Positions 22,100 to 32,123 of a stretch of DNA of 33,790 nucleotides are shown here, in pieces. A program made the position numbers and the translations under genes. The notes beneath the pieces are model-generated. The model saw only the letters and a list, made by a program, of their open reading frames with translations, was not told the DNA's origin and ran no database searches. How positions within the stretch are numbered: position 1 is the first letter of the stretch; every line of letters starts with the position of its first letter. The DNA is from Octopus bimaculoides (lineage: Eukaryota). Location of the stretch: contig NC_068983.1 in the NCBI RefSeq assembly GCF_001194135.2, positions 157,815,092 to 157,848,881 on the forward strand. The letters run 5' to 3'.

Positions 22100-22171
22100 A
22101 CGTATATTTCGACTCCTTTTAGAATCTTCGTCAGCAGCTGAGTACTACCTTTAACTATATACAAACAGACT
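22100..22171 (-). ncRNA. Hammerhead ribozyme motif, copy 2
   Basis: 70/72 identical to 14327-14398. The stem II change GACUC to GAUUC keeps pairing as a U-G wobble. Confidence 0.72.
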
Positions 22172-22175
22172 GCAT

Positions 22176-22237
<62 letters not shown>

Positions 22238-22874
22238 NNNNNNNNNNNNNNNNNNNNNNNNNNNNNNNNNNNNNNNNNNNNNNNNNNNNNNNNNNNNNNN
22301 NNNNNNNNNNNNNNNNNNNNNNNNNNNNNNNNNNNNNNNNNNNNNNNNNNNNNNNNNNNNNNNNNNNNNNNNNNNNNNNNNNNNNNNNNNNNNNNNNNNN
22401 NNNNNNNNNNNNNNNNNNNNNNNNNNNNNNNNNNNNNNNNNNNNNNNNNNNNNNNNNNNNNNNNNNNNNNNNNNNNNNNNNNNNNNNNNNNNNNNNNNNN
22501 NNNNNNNNNNNNNNNNNNNNNNNNNNNNNNNNNNNNNNNNNNNNNNNNNNNNNNNNNNNNNNNNNNNNNNNNNNNNNNNNNNNNNNNNNNNNNNNNNNNN
22601 NNNNNNNNNNNNNNNNNNNNNNNNNNNNNNNNNNNNNNNNNNNNNNNNNNNNNNNNNNNNNNNNNNNNNNNNNNNNNNNNNNNNNNNNNNNNNNNNNNNN
22701 NNNNNNNNNNNNNNNNNNNNNNNNNNNNNNNNNNNNNNNNNNNNNNNNNNNNNNNNNNNNNNNNNNNNNNNNNNNNNNNNNNNNNNNNNNNNNNNNNNNN
22801 NNNNNNNNNNNNNNNNNNNNNNNNNNNNNNNNNNNNNNNNNNNNNNNNNNNNNNNNNNNNTATATATATAATTT

Positions 22875-22969
22875 TTAATCAAGAATATTATTGGCAGCGA
22901 CTTCGAAGTTCCGACGATGGCTTAACTGACCGAAACTTCGACGTCACTGCCAGTAATATTCTTGTTTAA
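22875..22969. repeat. 39-bp-arm inverted repeat (17-nt loop) overlapping a degenerate hammerhead core
   Basis: 22875-22913 pairs with 22931-22969 at 34/39 Watson-Crick positions. Plus strand 22911-22945 reads CCGACGA-T-GGC-TTAACT-GACC-GAAAC-TTCGAC-GTC. Confidence 0.9.
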
Positions 22970-25523
22970 GAATAATAAATTTGTACTCTACAAAAGTGTA
23001 GAGTAATCCATCAGATTAATGTAACGTTGATTCTATTATATCATAACTGAACATAAAAGCAAACACACACACACACACAAACACACAAACACACACACAC
23101 ACACACACAAACATTCTAACCAATTATCACTTAAAAGCCAAAGTCTTGATTTATTTCAGGCAGATCTGTTTTCAGCTGTGAGTTGTACGTTAAGGAAAAA
23201 AAAAAGAATTTGAAAGAGGAATGCATCGATAACAAATGGAGTAATAGATGGAAGATTTAAAGTTAGACGTTCACAGTTTATGAATTCTTTGTGCAATATA
23301 TACAGAAGGAATGTAACAACTTTGTTGTGATATATTTAGAACCTAAGCAGAAATTATGAACGTAAATGTAAGCTAGAAAACAATCCTCCACGTAAATGGT
23401 TCTGTGAAGTGATTCGAACAAAAAAAAAAAAAAAACATTATGAGACAAATATGCATGCTCAATAAGATCATATCAATGAATAAACATGAAAATCAATTCA
23501 GGCCGAAAAATTGATCCTAACTGCCGACAGGTTGAATACTTAGCTTCAGTATTGTAGCAGGATGTCAGCATTATAGTAGTAGCCAACAAAAGCTATGACC
23601 ACTTAATAGATTGATCAATGTAAGGAGGCTATGCAATAGATTGACCAATAAAAATGCTAGGGATACAATGGGACATAATTATTTGATCATCTGATTTCAG
23701 TGTCTGAAACGTGAGAGACCAAAGAACCCCCCCGCCAAAAAAAAAAAAAAACGGAAGTTTAAATTATATAGGAATAAATTTTACACTATATATTGAATAC
23801 TATTTTGATTACAATGCTTAACATTTTTTNNNNNNNNNNNNNNNNNNNNNNNNNNNNNNNNNNNNNNNNNNNNNNNNNNNNNNNNNNNNNNNNNNNNNNN
23901 NNNNNNNNNNNNNNNNNNNNNNNNNNNNNNNNNNNNNNNNNNNNNNNNNNNNNNNNNNNNNNNNNNNNNNNNNNNNNNNNNNNNNNNNNNNNNNNNNNNN
24001 NNNNNNNNNNNNNNNNNNNNNNNNNNNNNNNNNNNNNNNNNNNNNNNNNNNNNNNNNNNNNNNNNNNNNNNNNNNNNNNNNNNNNNNNNNNNNNNNNNNN
24101 NNNNNNNNNNNNNNNNNNNNNNNNNNNNNNNNNNNNNNNNNNNNNNNNNNNNNNNNNNNNNNNNNNNNNNNNNNNNNNNNNNNNNNNNNNNNNNNNNNNN
24201 NNNNNNNNNNNNNNNNNNNNNNNNNNNNNNNNNNNNNNNNNNNNNNNNNNNNNNNNNNNNNNNNNNNNNNNNNNNNNNNNNNNNNNNNNNNNNNNNNNNN
24301 NNNNNNNNNNNNNNNNNNNNNNNNNNNNNNNNNNNNNNNNNNNNNNNNNNNNNNNNNNNNNNNNNNNNNNNNNNNNNNNNNNNNNNNNNNNNNNNNNNNN
24401 NNNNNNNNNNNNNNNNNNNNNNNNNNNNNNNNNNNNNNNNNNNNNNNNNNNNNNNNNNNNNNNNNNNNNNNNNNNNNNNNNNNNNNNNNNNNNNNNNNNN
24501 NNNNNNNNNNNNNNNNNNNNNNNNNNNNNACAAATTGAAAGAATCAGAGAAACAAGAAGATTGTAAAAAAGAATGCTAAACTTAATGCTATTTTCCATAA
24601 ACCGTATTTTCTGGCAAACAAATGGAATTTTCAGACCAAAATTTACGTCCAAAAACGGTAGATCGACTAATACACCATGACAACTTTGGAGGACTAAAGA
24701 TTTCTGTTGAAATGCAGCAGGATTTGGAAAGATAGAGATGTTTGAATGTTTGTACTATGTTTACACCGTAAACTACGTAGACTGGTTTGCAGGAAAATAC
24801 AGTACCAAAAAATGCATGAGAATTCTATGAGTCTTTTTCCTCGTAATTCCTTAACTTCAAATTCATATTTCTAATCCATGCTATTATCAAGAAACGATTA
24901 TCTCCCTTGAGATTGCTGCCAGCACTAAGGTAACCATGTATATTTAAGATGCATGTATTATAAGAAAATATGCAAGAGTTAAGGAAGACTAGAAAAGATT
25001 GAAAGCAATCTCTTTTCTGGGATAGTGATAAAAATTTTGATAAATATATGGAATAATCTAGAACATCTTAACACATATTAGCATGTTCTATGAACTAAAA
25101 AAAAAAAAAAGGTGTAGTTTAAAAATTTCTGGAAGAGCACCCGATGGTCAGAAAAGCAGAGAAGTAGTTTTTTGCCTACAAATATGTCGAGCAGATGTAA
25201 CTTCCGGGTTAGCCAACTGTTAGAACTGACTCAATAGTAATTTTCAGTTAGTCCGTTTCAATTACCTTGTTAACGATGCCCTTGGAACTTGCAAGACTAT
25301 TATAAAATGCCATGTTCTTTCTACTGTAATTGTTAACCTTATGTTTACAGCTTTAATTGTGGTCAACATCATAAATATAGATGAACTCTACCACGTTACA
25401 TTTTTGATTTAGCACAAAGTCTAATCTCTTTAGTAATACAGCATTTCGATAAATTACAAAATCTTTATTGTCTCTTTCAAGCTAAAATTTGTAAAATGAT
25501 TACATCGTAGAAATAACTTTCTG

Positions 25524-25707
25524 TAGATTTTGGCACAAGACCAGCAATTTTAAGGGGTGAGAGAAGTCGATTACATCGATGAAAGTGTTCTACTGGCACT
25601 TATTTTATCGACGCCGAAAGGATGAAAAGCAAAACTCGGAGGAATTTGAACTCAGAACGCTAAGCATTTTGTCCGGCGTGCAAACGTTTCTGCCTGCTCG
25701 CAACCTT
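25524..25707 (-). mobile_element. SINE family A (short-tail subfamily)
   Basis: Plus strand TTGGCACAAGACCAGCAATTT..TTTTATCGACGCCGAAAGGATGAAA..AATTTGAACTCAGAACGCTAAGCATTT..CTGCCTGCTCGC. Confidence 0.8.
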
Positions 25708-25729
25708 ATGTCGTAGAAATATTGATTTC

Positions 25730-25860
25730 TAACATTGGTACAAAGCCTTAAACTTGAGGGAGGGATTCGATCAATTATATTGATAGCAGTACTTGACTGG
25801 TACTCTTTTCTATCGAATTCAAAGGGATGAAAGTTGACTGCAGCAGAATTTGAATTCACC
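25730..25860 (-). mobile_element. SINE family A, degenerate 3' part
   Basis: TTGGTACAAAGCC..GACTGGTACT..TATCGA..GGATGAAAGTTGAC..GAATTTGAA. Confidence 0.65.
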
Positions 25861-26301
25861 GCCGTAAAACTATTGAAATGAAGAAATTTATGAACTAAAA
25901 CATATATTTTTGCAGTGATATAAAATAGAAAAGGTAATAATAGAAGGAAAGAAACAAAAATAAAATAAAAGATTACATGAAATGAAGTGAAATAGGATTT
26001 GTGAGAGAGAAAAGGTGTGTTGAAAATAGCAGAGACGATGGGGGTAAAATACCTATGAGTTAAATGGGGACACCTTTTCCTTTTCTACCTAAAAGAAAGA
26101 CGAGAAAAGTTGATTGTAAAATCCTGATGTAAATGAGAGGAATTAATATATTTTAATATTTCAATATTTTAATATTTCTAATAATTGAATTATTTTAATT
26201 TATTTTCACAAATAAAAGATTAAAAAAACATACAAACACATACATGTAATTAACATTCAATGCATGAAATAAACCTACTGATAAAATAAAGGAATTAGAT
26301 C

Positions 26302-26307
26302 ACCTAC
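26302..26307 (-). promoter_or_regulatory. 5' splice donor of the Wnt5 exon
   Basis: Minus strand reads AGA CGG|gtaggt; Wnt homology stops exactly after NEAGRR. Confidence 0.88.
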
Positions 26308-26600
26308 CCGTCTTCCAGCTTCATTGTTATGAAGATTCATAAGCATTCTGGCTAATCCACGCGAGAAACGCGGATAATTTCTTTCTTTCTCTCGTTTATC
26401 AATAAAACCAACAGCAAATTTGTAGGCATGCTCAATGTTGTCCCCACATTCTCCCCATAGCCAATCTTTATGTATCGTCGGTGGCCGAGGGGCTTCACTG
26501 CATCCACACCGAGATAACTGACCTTGTTGACATGCTCGACTGATGGAATATACTACACCAGAAGAAGATATAGCATGTGTGAAACCATTTTCTCGACTAC
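26308..26600 (-). CDS. Wnt5: Wnt5 internal coding exon (equivalent to vertebrate WNT5A exon 4)
   Basis: Translates (G)SRENGFTHAISSSGVVYSISRACQQGQLSRCGCSEAPRPPTIHKDWLWGECGDNIEHAYKFAVGFIDKREKERNYPRFSRGLARMLMNLHNNEAGRR. It has the Wnt RAC, CGC, WxWGxC and NLHNNEAGR motifs; DWLW, the insert before MNLHNN and the NEAGRR ending fit Wnt5. Length is 293 nt, entering in phase 1 and leaving in phase 0, which matches WNT5A exon 4 as I recall it. Confidence 0.93.
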
Positions 26601-26632
26601 CTGGAATCAACGAGAAATTAAATTGAAAATTG
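26601..26632 (-). promoter_or_regulatory. 3' splice acceptor of the Wnt5 exon
   Basis: Minus strand reads ttttcaatttaatttctcgttgattccag|GTAGTCGAGAA: a pyrimidine-rich tract plus CAG immediately before Wnt homology starts. Confidence 0.88.
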
Positions 26633-26906
26633 TTTTGAACAGTCTTAGAATTAAATTACTTCTAAATCGCCTTATTATTGTGGATAGGGCTATTATTTAA
26701 GATAAAGACTCATTTTTATTAGTATTTTTCTCAGTATCTAAGTGTTTATAAATCATATCTTTAATTACACTATTTTTTTTTAACAAGCTAAATTTTATCA
26801 AATAAAAAGAAACGACAATCAAATTGTGAATTGGATTAAAGTAACGATACTTAAAGTGGATATGTCCATCAAACTCTGTCTCGGAATAAATTGTAATGAC
26901 AATACA

Positions 26907-27097
26907 AATATTGGTTTCAAACTTTGGCAAAAGGCCAGCAATTTCAGGGGAGGGGTAAGCCGATTGCATTGACCGTAGTGCTTAACTGATACTTTTTTTT
27001 TTTACCCCTAAAAGATGAATTTGAACTCAGAACGTAAAGACAGACGAAATGCCGCTAAGCATTTTTCCCGGCGTACTAACGATTGTGCTAGCTCGCA
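26907..27097 (-). mobile_element. SINE family A
   Basis: GGTTTCAAACTTTGGCAAAAGGCCAGCAATTT..AATTTGAACTCAGAACGTAAAGACAGACGAAATGCCGCTAAGCATTT..CTAACGATTGTGCTAGCTCGC. Confidence 0.85.
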
Positions 27098-27163
27098 CAA
27101 CACACAAATATTAACTGATGTTTCAATCGGCTTTTCAAGATTGCCCGTATTAAGATGGAGAAA

Positions 27164-27369
27164 GGTGTCGAGCTGGCGCCGGAGAAAAAAGTCGGAAAAA
27201 TGCTTAGCGGCATTTCTTCCGATTTTACGTTCCGAGTTCAAATGCTGCCGAGGTCGACTTTTGGGGTCGATAAAATAAGTTCCAATTGAATACTGGGGTC
27301 GATATAATCGACAGCACCCCCAACCTCCCCAAAGTTTCTGGCATTATGACAAAATCTGAAACCAATATT
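27164..27369 (+). mobile_element. SINE family A, inverted relative to 26907-27097
   Basis: GTCGAGCTGGC..AAATGCTTAGCGGCATTTC..CGAGTTCAAATGCTGCCGAGGTCGAC..GGGGTCGATAAAATAAG..TGAAACCAATATT. Confidence 0.85.
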
Positions 27370-27380
27370 AAGATGCGAAA

Positions 27381-27585
27381 AGCGGAGAGCTGGCAGAATT
27401 GTTTTCACGCCTGGAAAATGTTTAGCGGGATTTTGCTCATCTTTACATTCTGAGTTCGAACGCTGCCGAGGTTGATTTTACCTTTCATCCTTTTCAAGTC
27501 GATGAAATAAATACGAGTCGAACACTGGAGTCAATGTAATCGACTAACCCTCTCTCCCGAACTTACTGGCCTTGTGTCAAAAATT
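27381..27585 (+). mobile_element. SINE family A
   Basis: GGAGAGCTGGCAGAATTGTT..CTGAGTTCGAACGCTGCCGAGGTTGA..CTTTCATCCTTT..AATCGACT..CTGGCCTTGTGTCAAAA. Confidence 0.85.
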
Positions 27586-28024
27586 AATATCAGGTGGTGA
27601 CTTCTTGCATTTCGAATTTAGTATAATATTTTTAGAAGTGAAAATGAAGTAAATGTCGAAATGTTCTGCTTTATTTTTTTTCTTTAAATAAAAATAGGTA
27701 GATGTCATTGAGAAACTTTGATTAAAAAATTGATTTGATTTTCATTTTACAACTGAGGGAGTTCAATATGAAGACAAAGACAAACATATATCGCATAAGT
27801 TAAATTAAAAACACTTAAAATGTAGATTTTCTGGTAAGAAGACTTTTTTTACATCACAAAATCTAATATATAAAAAATGACCCGGAGATAATTAACAAAC
27901 GTTATTACTTAGAAAGCTGTGCATACTGATTCAGAGATAAAGTATTTAGTAACTAATGCCGATGACGCTGATAACAGTAGGAGTTCTTGGAATAAAAATA
28001 ATAATTGTTTTTAATAGAGACATG

Positions 28025-28210
28025 AATTTGGGGAAACGAGATAGTAAGTTATACTGATCCTAGTATTTGACTGGTACTTTATTTTATCGACCAAGTAAGG
28101 ATGAAATGTGAAGTCGACCTAGGCGAGATTTGAACTTAGAATGTGAAGAGTTCGAAGAAATGCCATTAAGGCTTTTTACCCACACGATAGCAATTCTGCC
28201 AGTTCCCCGT
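28025..28210 (-). mobile_element. SINE family A, degenerate
   Basis: GACTGGTACTTTATTTTATCGACC..GGATGAAA..AAGTCGACCT..ATTTGAACTTAGAA..AATTCTGCCAGTTC. Confidence 0.75.
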
Positions 28211-28227
28211 CATAATAGTTCTTTCTT

Positions 28228-28432
28228 ATTTTGGCACAAGGCAAGCAATTTTGCCGTGAGGAAGTCGATGAGGACATCGAACCCAATGCTTAACTGGTAC
28301 TTATTTTATGGACCCCAAAAGGCTGAAAGGCAAAGTCGACATCAGCAGAATTTGAACTCAGAAGTTAAAACCGGAAGAAATTATTGCTAAGCATTTTATT
28401 CGACGCATTAACGAATCTACCAATCCACCACC
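28228..28432 (-). mobile_element. SINE family A
   Basis: TTGGCACAAGGCAAGCAATTT..AACTGGTACTTATTTTAT..GAAAGGCAAAGTCGAC..AATTTGAACTCAGAA..GCTAAGCATTT..AACGAATCTACCA. Confidence 0.8.
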
Positions 28433-28698
28433 ATTTCTTCCAAAACGACCGTGATGGACGAGTAGATATCATAAGGTTAAATTGTAGAAATGGCGGGAGA
28501 AAATTTATTTATATATGTGTTTATGACCGGAAATAGATATGTTTTAATCAATATGAAAAAATTTAAGATAATCGTTAAACAATAATGAAATGTCTAAGAA
28601 ATATAAGCAAACATATACAAAGTTACTTTATATCTGTATCCTCTAGAAGAATGATCATACACAATAATAGTTTGTCCGGGTACGACTAGAGTCATTAT

Positions 28699-28700
<2 letters not shown>

Positions 28701-28769
<69 letters not shown>
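28701..28769. repeat. (TAA)23 microsatellite
   Basis: Pure TAA run of 69 nt. Confidence 0.97.
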
Positions 28770-28773
<4 letters not shown>

Positions 28774-29047
28774 TATATAAAATATTGAAGTGCAAAAAAT
28801 CGTGCTAACTGGAACGACTCAGAAGTGCAAAAAATCGTGCTAACTGGAACGACTCATGTACTAAGAAGAGCATTATCGCTGTGAAAACAACATCCATTCA
28901 TGATTTTTTTTTTCTTAAATACATGTTTTACCTATGAATTTGCGTGTGTAAATTGGGAATGCATACAACGTTTCTCTACCCTAGGTGTACGGAAAACACT
29001 CGGCGAGAAATGGGAGAAAATTTGAAGAAAGAAGAAAAAAAACAACA
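28770..29047 (+). mobile_element. 5'-truncated Dong/R4-like LINE 3' end inserted in a (TAA)n tract
   Basis: EVQKIVLTGTTHVLRRALSL* (28822-28884) resembles the R4-clade C-terminal QKIVLLGTAHILRKVL. It is followed by a ~160-nt 3'UTR. Flanked by (TAA)23 on the left and (TAA)4 at 29048-29059 on the right, with a perfect 35-nt tandem duplication at 28787-28856. Confidence 0.75.
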
Positions 29048-30602
29048 TAATAATAATAATACACCAATATATACAGAATTGTTGCAACTGAAGAAGTAAT
29101 TTACATATATTCATTTCCTTGCTGCATGTTTTTTTTTATTACACGCTTATTATCTTTCTGCAAGTAAGGCTAGGAAATGGAGACATCTAAGTGAGATAAG
29201 AAAATACTTGTTTATTATGAAAATACTCTTCCTCAAATTATAAATATGAAAATAGTATTTTAATAATTTTTTATGGAAACTATTACATATTGGTCTATAA
29301 TACATCAGAGATTACATATACCAGAGAAACATTTTAGAAGAAAAGAAAGGAATAAAATGCATCTCTTCATATATTATACACGACTTCCAATTATTTGCTA
29401 CCATTGAATGACAGAAGTGGGTTAATAAGAAGAAATTTGGTGGCATAAATATGTCAGAGGAAAGGAAGGCTAATGTTTGGCAAAGCAGTAGACTGAATAG
29501 GAGATAGAGAACATTAGTCTGCATTCTTGTAAAGACTGGTATGTAGAATTCGGCTGATACATAAAGAAGCAGTAACTTATAAAGAGCTCTTATATATGAA
29601 ATAATTGTTTGCAGTTTCTATTGAAGAAGATGATGATCGAAAATATTTCCATGCGAACTTACTCTGCGTGGTTAAGATAAATTGAAAAGAAAATCCCCCT
29701 TCCCCAAAAGTTAAATGTTTACTCATACGTCATCCTTTTGTTTTACTTGTTATAATTAAAATTCAATGCTGAATTAAAATTTTGTTTTGACCTGAACCTA
29801 AAGAATTTCGAGAAAATAAACAAAATAAGGTAGCAGTTTTCGGGATCAGATGTCTCTCTAGTCGTTGATTAAATAATGTGATTTGTAGAGTGAGTACCAC
29901 GTTACGTTTCTGTACTGAATGTCATTCATTTCCTGCAGCAGACGATGTCGTATTGAAAGAATTACGTAAATATCATTTTCTGTTCCTTTATTCTAAAAAG
30001 CAAGGCTTCATTTATTGAGTATCATTAGGAAAATAGATAACTACTTAATATGAGGCTATAATAATGTATATGCATCAGTATATCAGTATTATAAATATGT
30101 ATTAAAAGAGCCAACAAGGAAACATCTGTGTGGTCACTATATTTCCTAAAAACAACGGAAAATTTCCCTCAAACTACAACCTAATCAAGTTAAAATATGT
30201 ATCATAGTTCGTGGTATAGTTTTTCCTCAAAAAGAAAAGTTCATCATTGCTAAAATTTCTGTGATTCTAGGTTTGCTCGACGGAAGACAACTTCAGTTTA
30301 GGCAACAACATAAAAGTTAAAAACAGACATTAAAATATACTAGAAAGCAATACGAAGATTCATCTTTTGCTACAGTTAACCTGCGACTAAATGTGTGAAC
30401 CCTTTCAATTAATGTAGACAGAGAGACACACGTAAGTAACAGTAATATATGAACAGAATGTGTATATGGACTTTTAATCACAAAATTTGAGATGAGGGTG
30501 AGAATGCCATGACACATATTTTCCGAAAGACATTAGAAGCGTATTAGAATCGAAAACCAAAGGTCTGGTGAATTATCGAAGATTTATGTCATTATCAAAA
30601 AT

Positions 30603-30660
<58 letters not shown>

Positions 30661-30661
30661 G

Positions 30662-30976
30662 TGATGGCGCGTGGCTCCGTGGTTAGGGTATTCGGATCAC
30701 GCGTTGTGCCCTTGAGCACGACACCTTGTTTTACGTTGCTCCAGTCCACTCAGCTGCCAAAAATGAGTAGTACCTGTATTTCAAAGGGCCAGCTTTGTCA
30801 CATTCTGTGTTACATTCTGTGTCACATTCTGTGTCGCGCTGAATCTCCTTGAGAACTACGTTAAGGATACATATGTCTGTCGAATGCTTAGTAACTTGTA
30901 CGTTAATTTCACGAGCAGGCTGTTCCGTTGATCGGATCAACTGGAACCCTCGTCGTCATAAGCGACGAAGTGTCAG
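30662..30976 (+). mobile_element. tRNA-headed SINE family D (variant i) with the B-box deleted
   Basis: Same head and body as 15438-15740, but CACG joins directly to CGTTGTG, removing the B-box segment. Three tandem 12-nt T(C/T)ACATTCTGTG units. Confidence 0.88.
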
Positions 30977-31428
30977 TTTATATATATATAATATATAATA
31001 TATAATATATAATATATATATATATAATATAANNNNNNNNNNNNNNNNNNNNNNNNNNNNNNNNNNNNNNNNNNNNNNNNNNNNNNNNNNNNNNNNNNNN
31101 NNNNNNNNNNNNNNNNNNNNNNNNNNNNNNNNNNNNNNNNNNNNNNNNNNNNNNNNNNNNNNNNNNNNNNNNNNNNNNNNNNNNNNNNNNNNNNNNNNNN
31201 NNNNNNNNNNNNNNNNNNNNNNNNNNNNNNNNNNNNNNNNNNNNNNNNNNNNNNNNNNNNNNNNNNNNNNNNNNNNNNNNNNNNNNNNNNNNNNNNNNNN
31301 NNNNNNNNNNNNNNNNNNNNNNNNNNNNNNNNNNNNNNNNNNNNNNNNNNNNNNNNNNNNNNNNNNNNNNNNNNNNNNNNNNNNNNNNNNNNNNNNNNNN
31401 NNNNNNNNNNNNNNNNNNNNNNNNNNNN

Positions 31429-31495
<67 letters not shown>

Positions 31496-31497
<2 letters not shown>

Positions 31498-31680
31498 GAA
31501 TTCAAATTTACAGATAACAAAAGACGAAGACAGGTGAGGGAACTACAAGTAGGTGTGTTAAGTTTGACGGCTCGGGAAGAATGGAAAGGTGTTTGACGTC
31601 TTGGGTCTTCGAGAGAAAGGGTTGAAAGGAAAAAAAAAAATAGAGAAAGAACGAAAAAAACGGAGAGAAACAATGTTTAA
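31496..31680 (-). mobile_element. Decayed copy of the 9412-9568 Penelope-like repeat
   Basis: Minus strand CTTTCTCTCGAAGACCCAAGACGTCAAAC..TTCCCGAGCCGTCAAACT..CACCTGTCTTCGTCTTTTGTT aligns with 9443-9550; the hammerhead core is eroded. Confidence 0.65.
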
Positions 31681-32056
31681 GGATTAACGGTTCAACATGG
31701 AATGCCTAAGTTTTAGGTGATTGTTTATAGACAAACTTTTTATAACATGCAGCAAGATATAGCAGAGAGATTTTTTTCGCAAGTTCATCGTTTTCACTTA
31801 AAAACCAGTAACATGTCACTGTGACCGGCTGGTTATTCATTCATCCTCACTGATTTAGCTGTATTTTTCAATTGTGAAACTAAAAGGGGCATACTAAAAA
31901 TTACCGCGCTTTTACTTTCAATATTGAAACAATACGATGATAAATACATAAGATTTATGGCGCAAAATTTCTATTTGAAAGTTATACACTAAGGAAAGTA
32001 GTTGTCTTTTTTCATTACAGCTCCATATATGTATATATACATATACATACATACTT

Positions 32057-32123
<67 letters not shown>

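Noticed and set aside
24670-24690. Minus-strand SCHGV resembling Wnt CKCHGV (also MCHG near 30510)
   Set aside because: Lacks the preceding CK and following SGSC; chance match.
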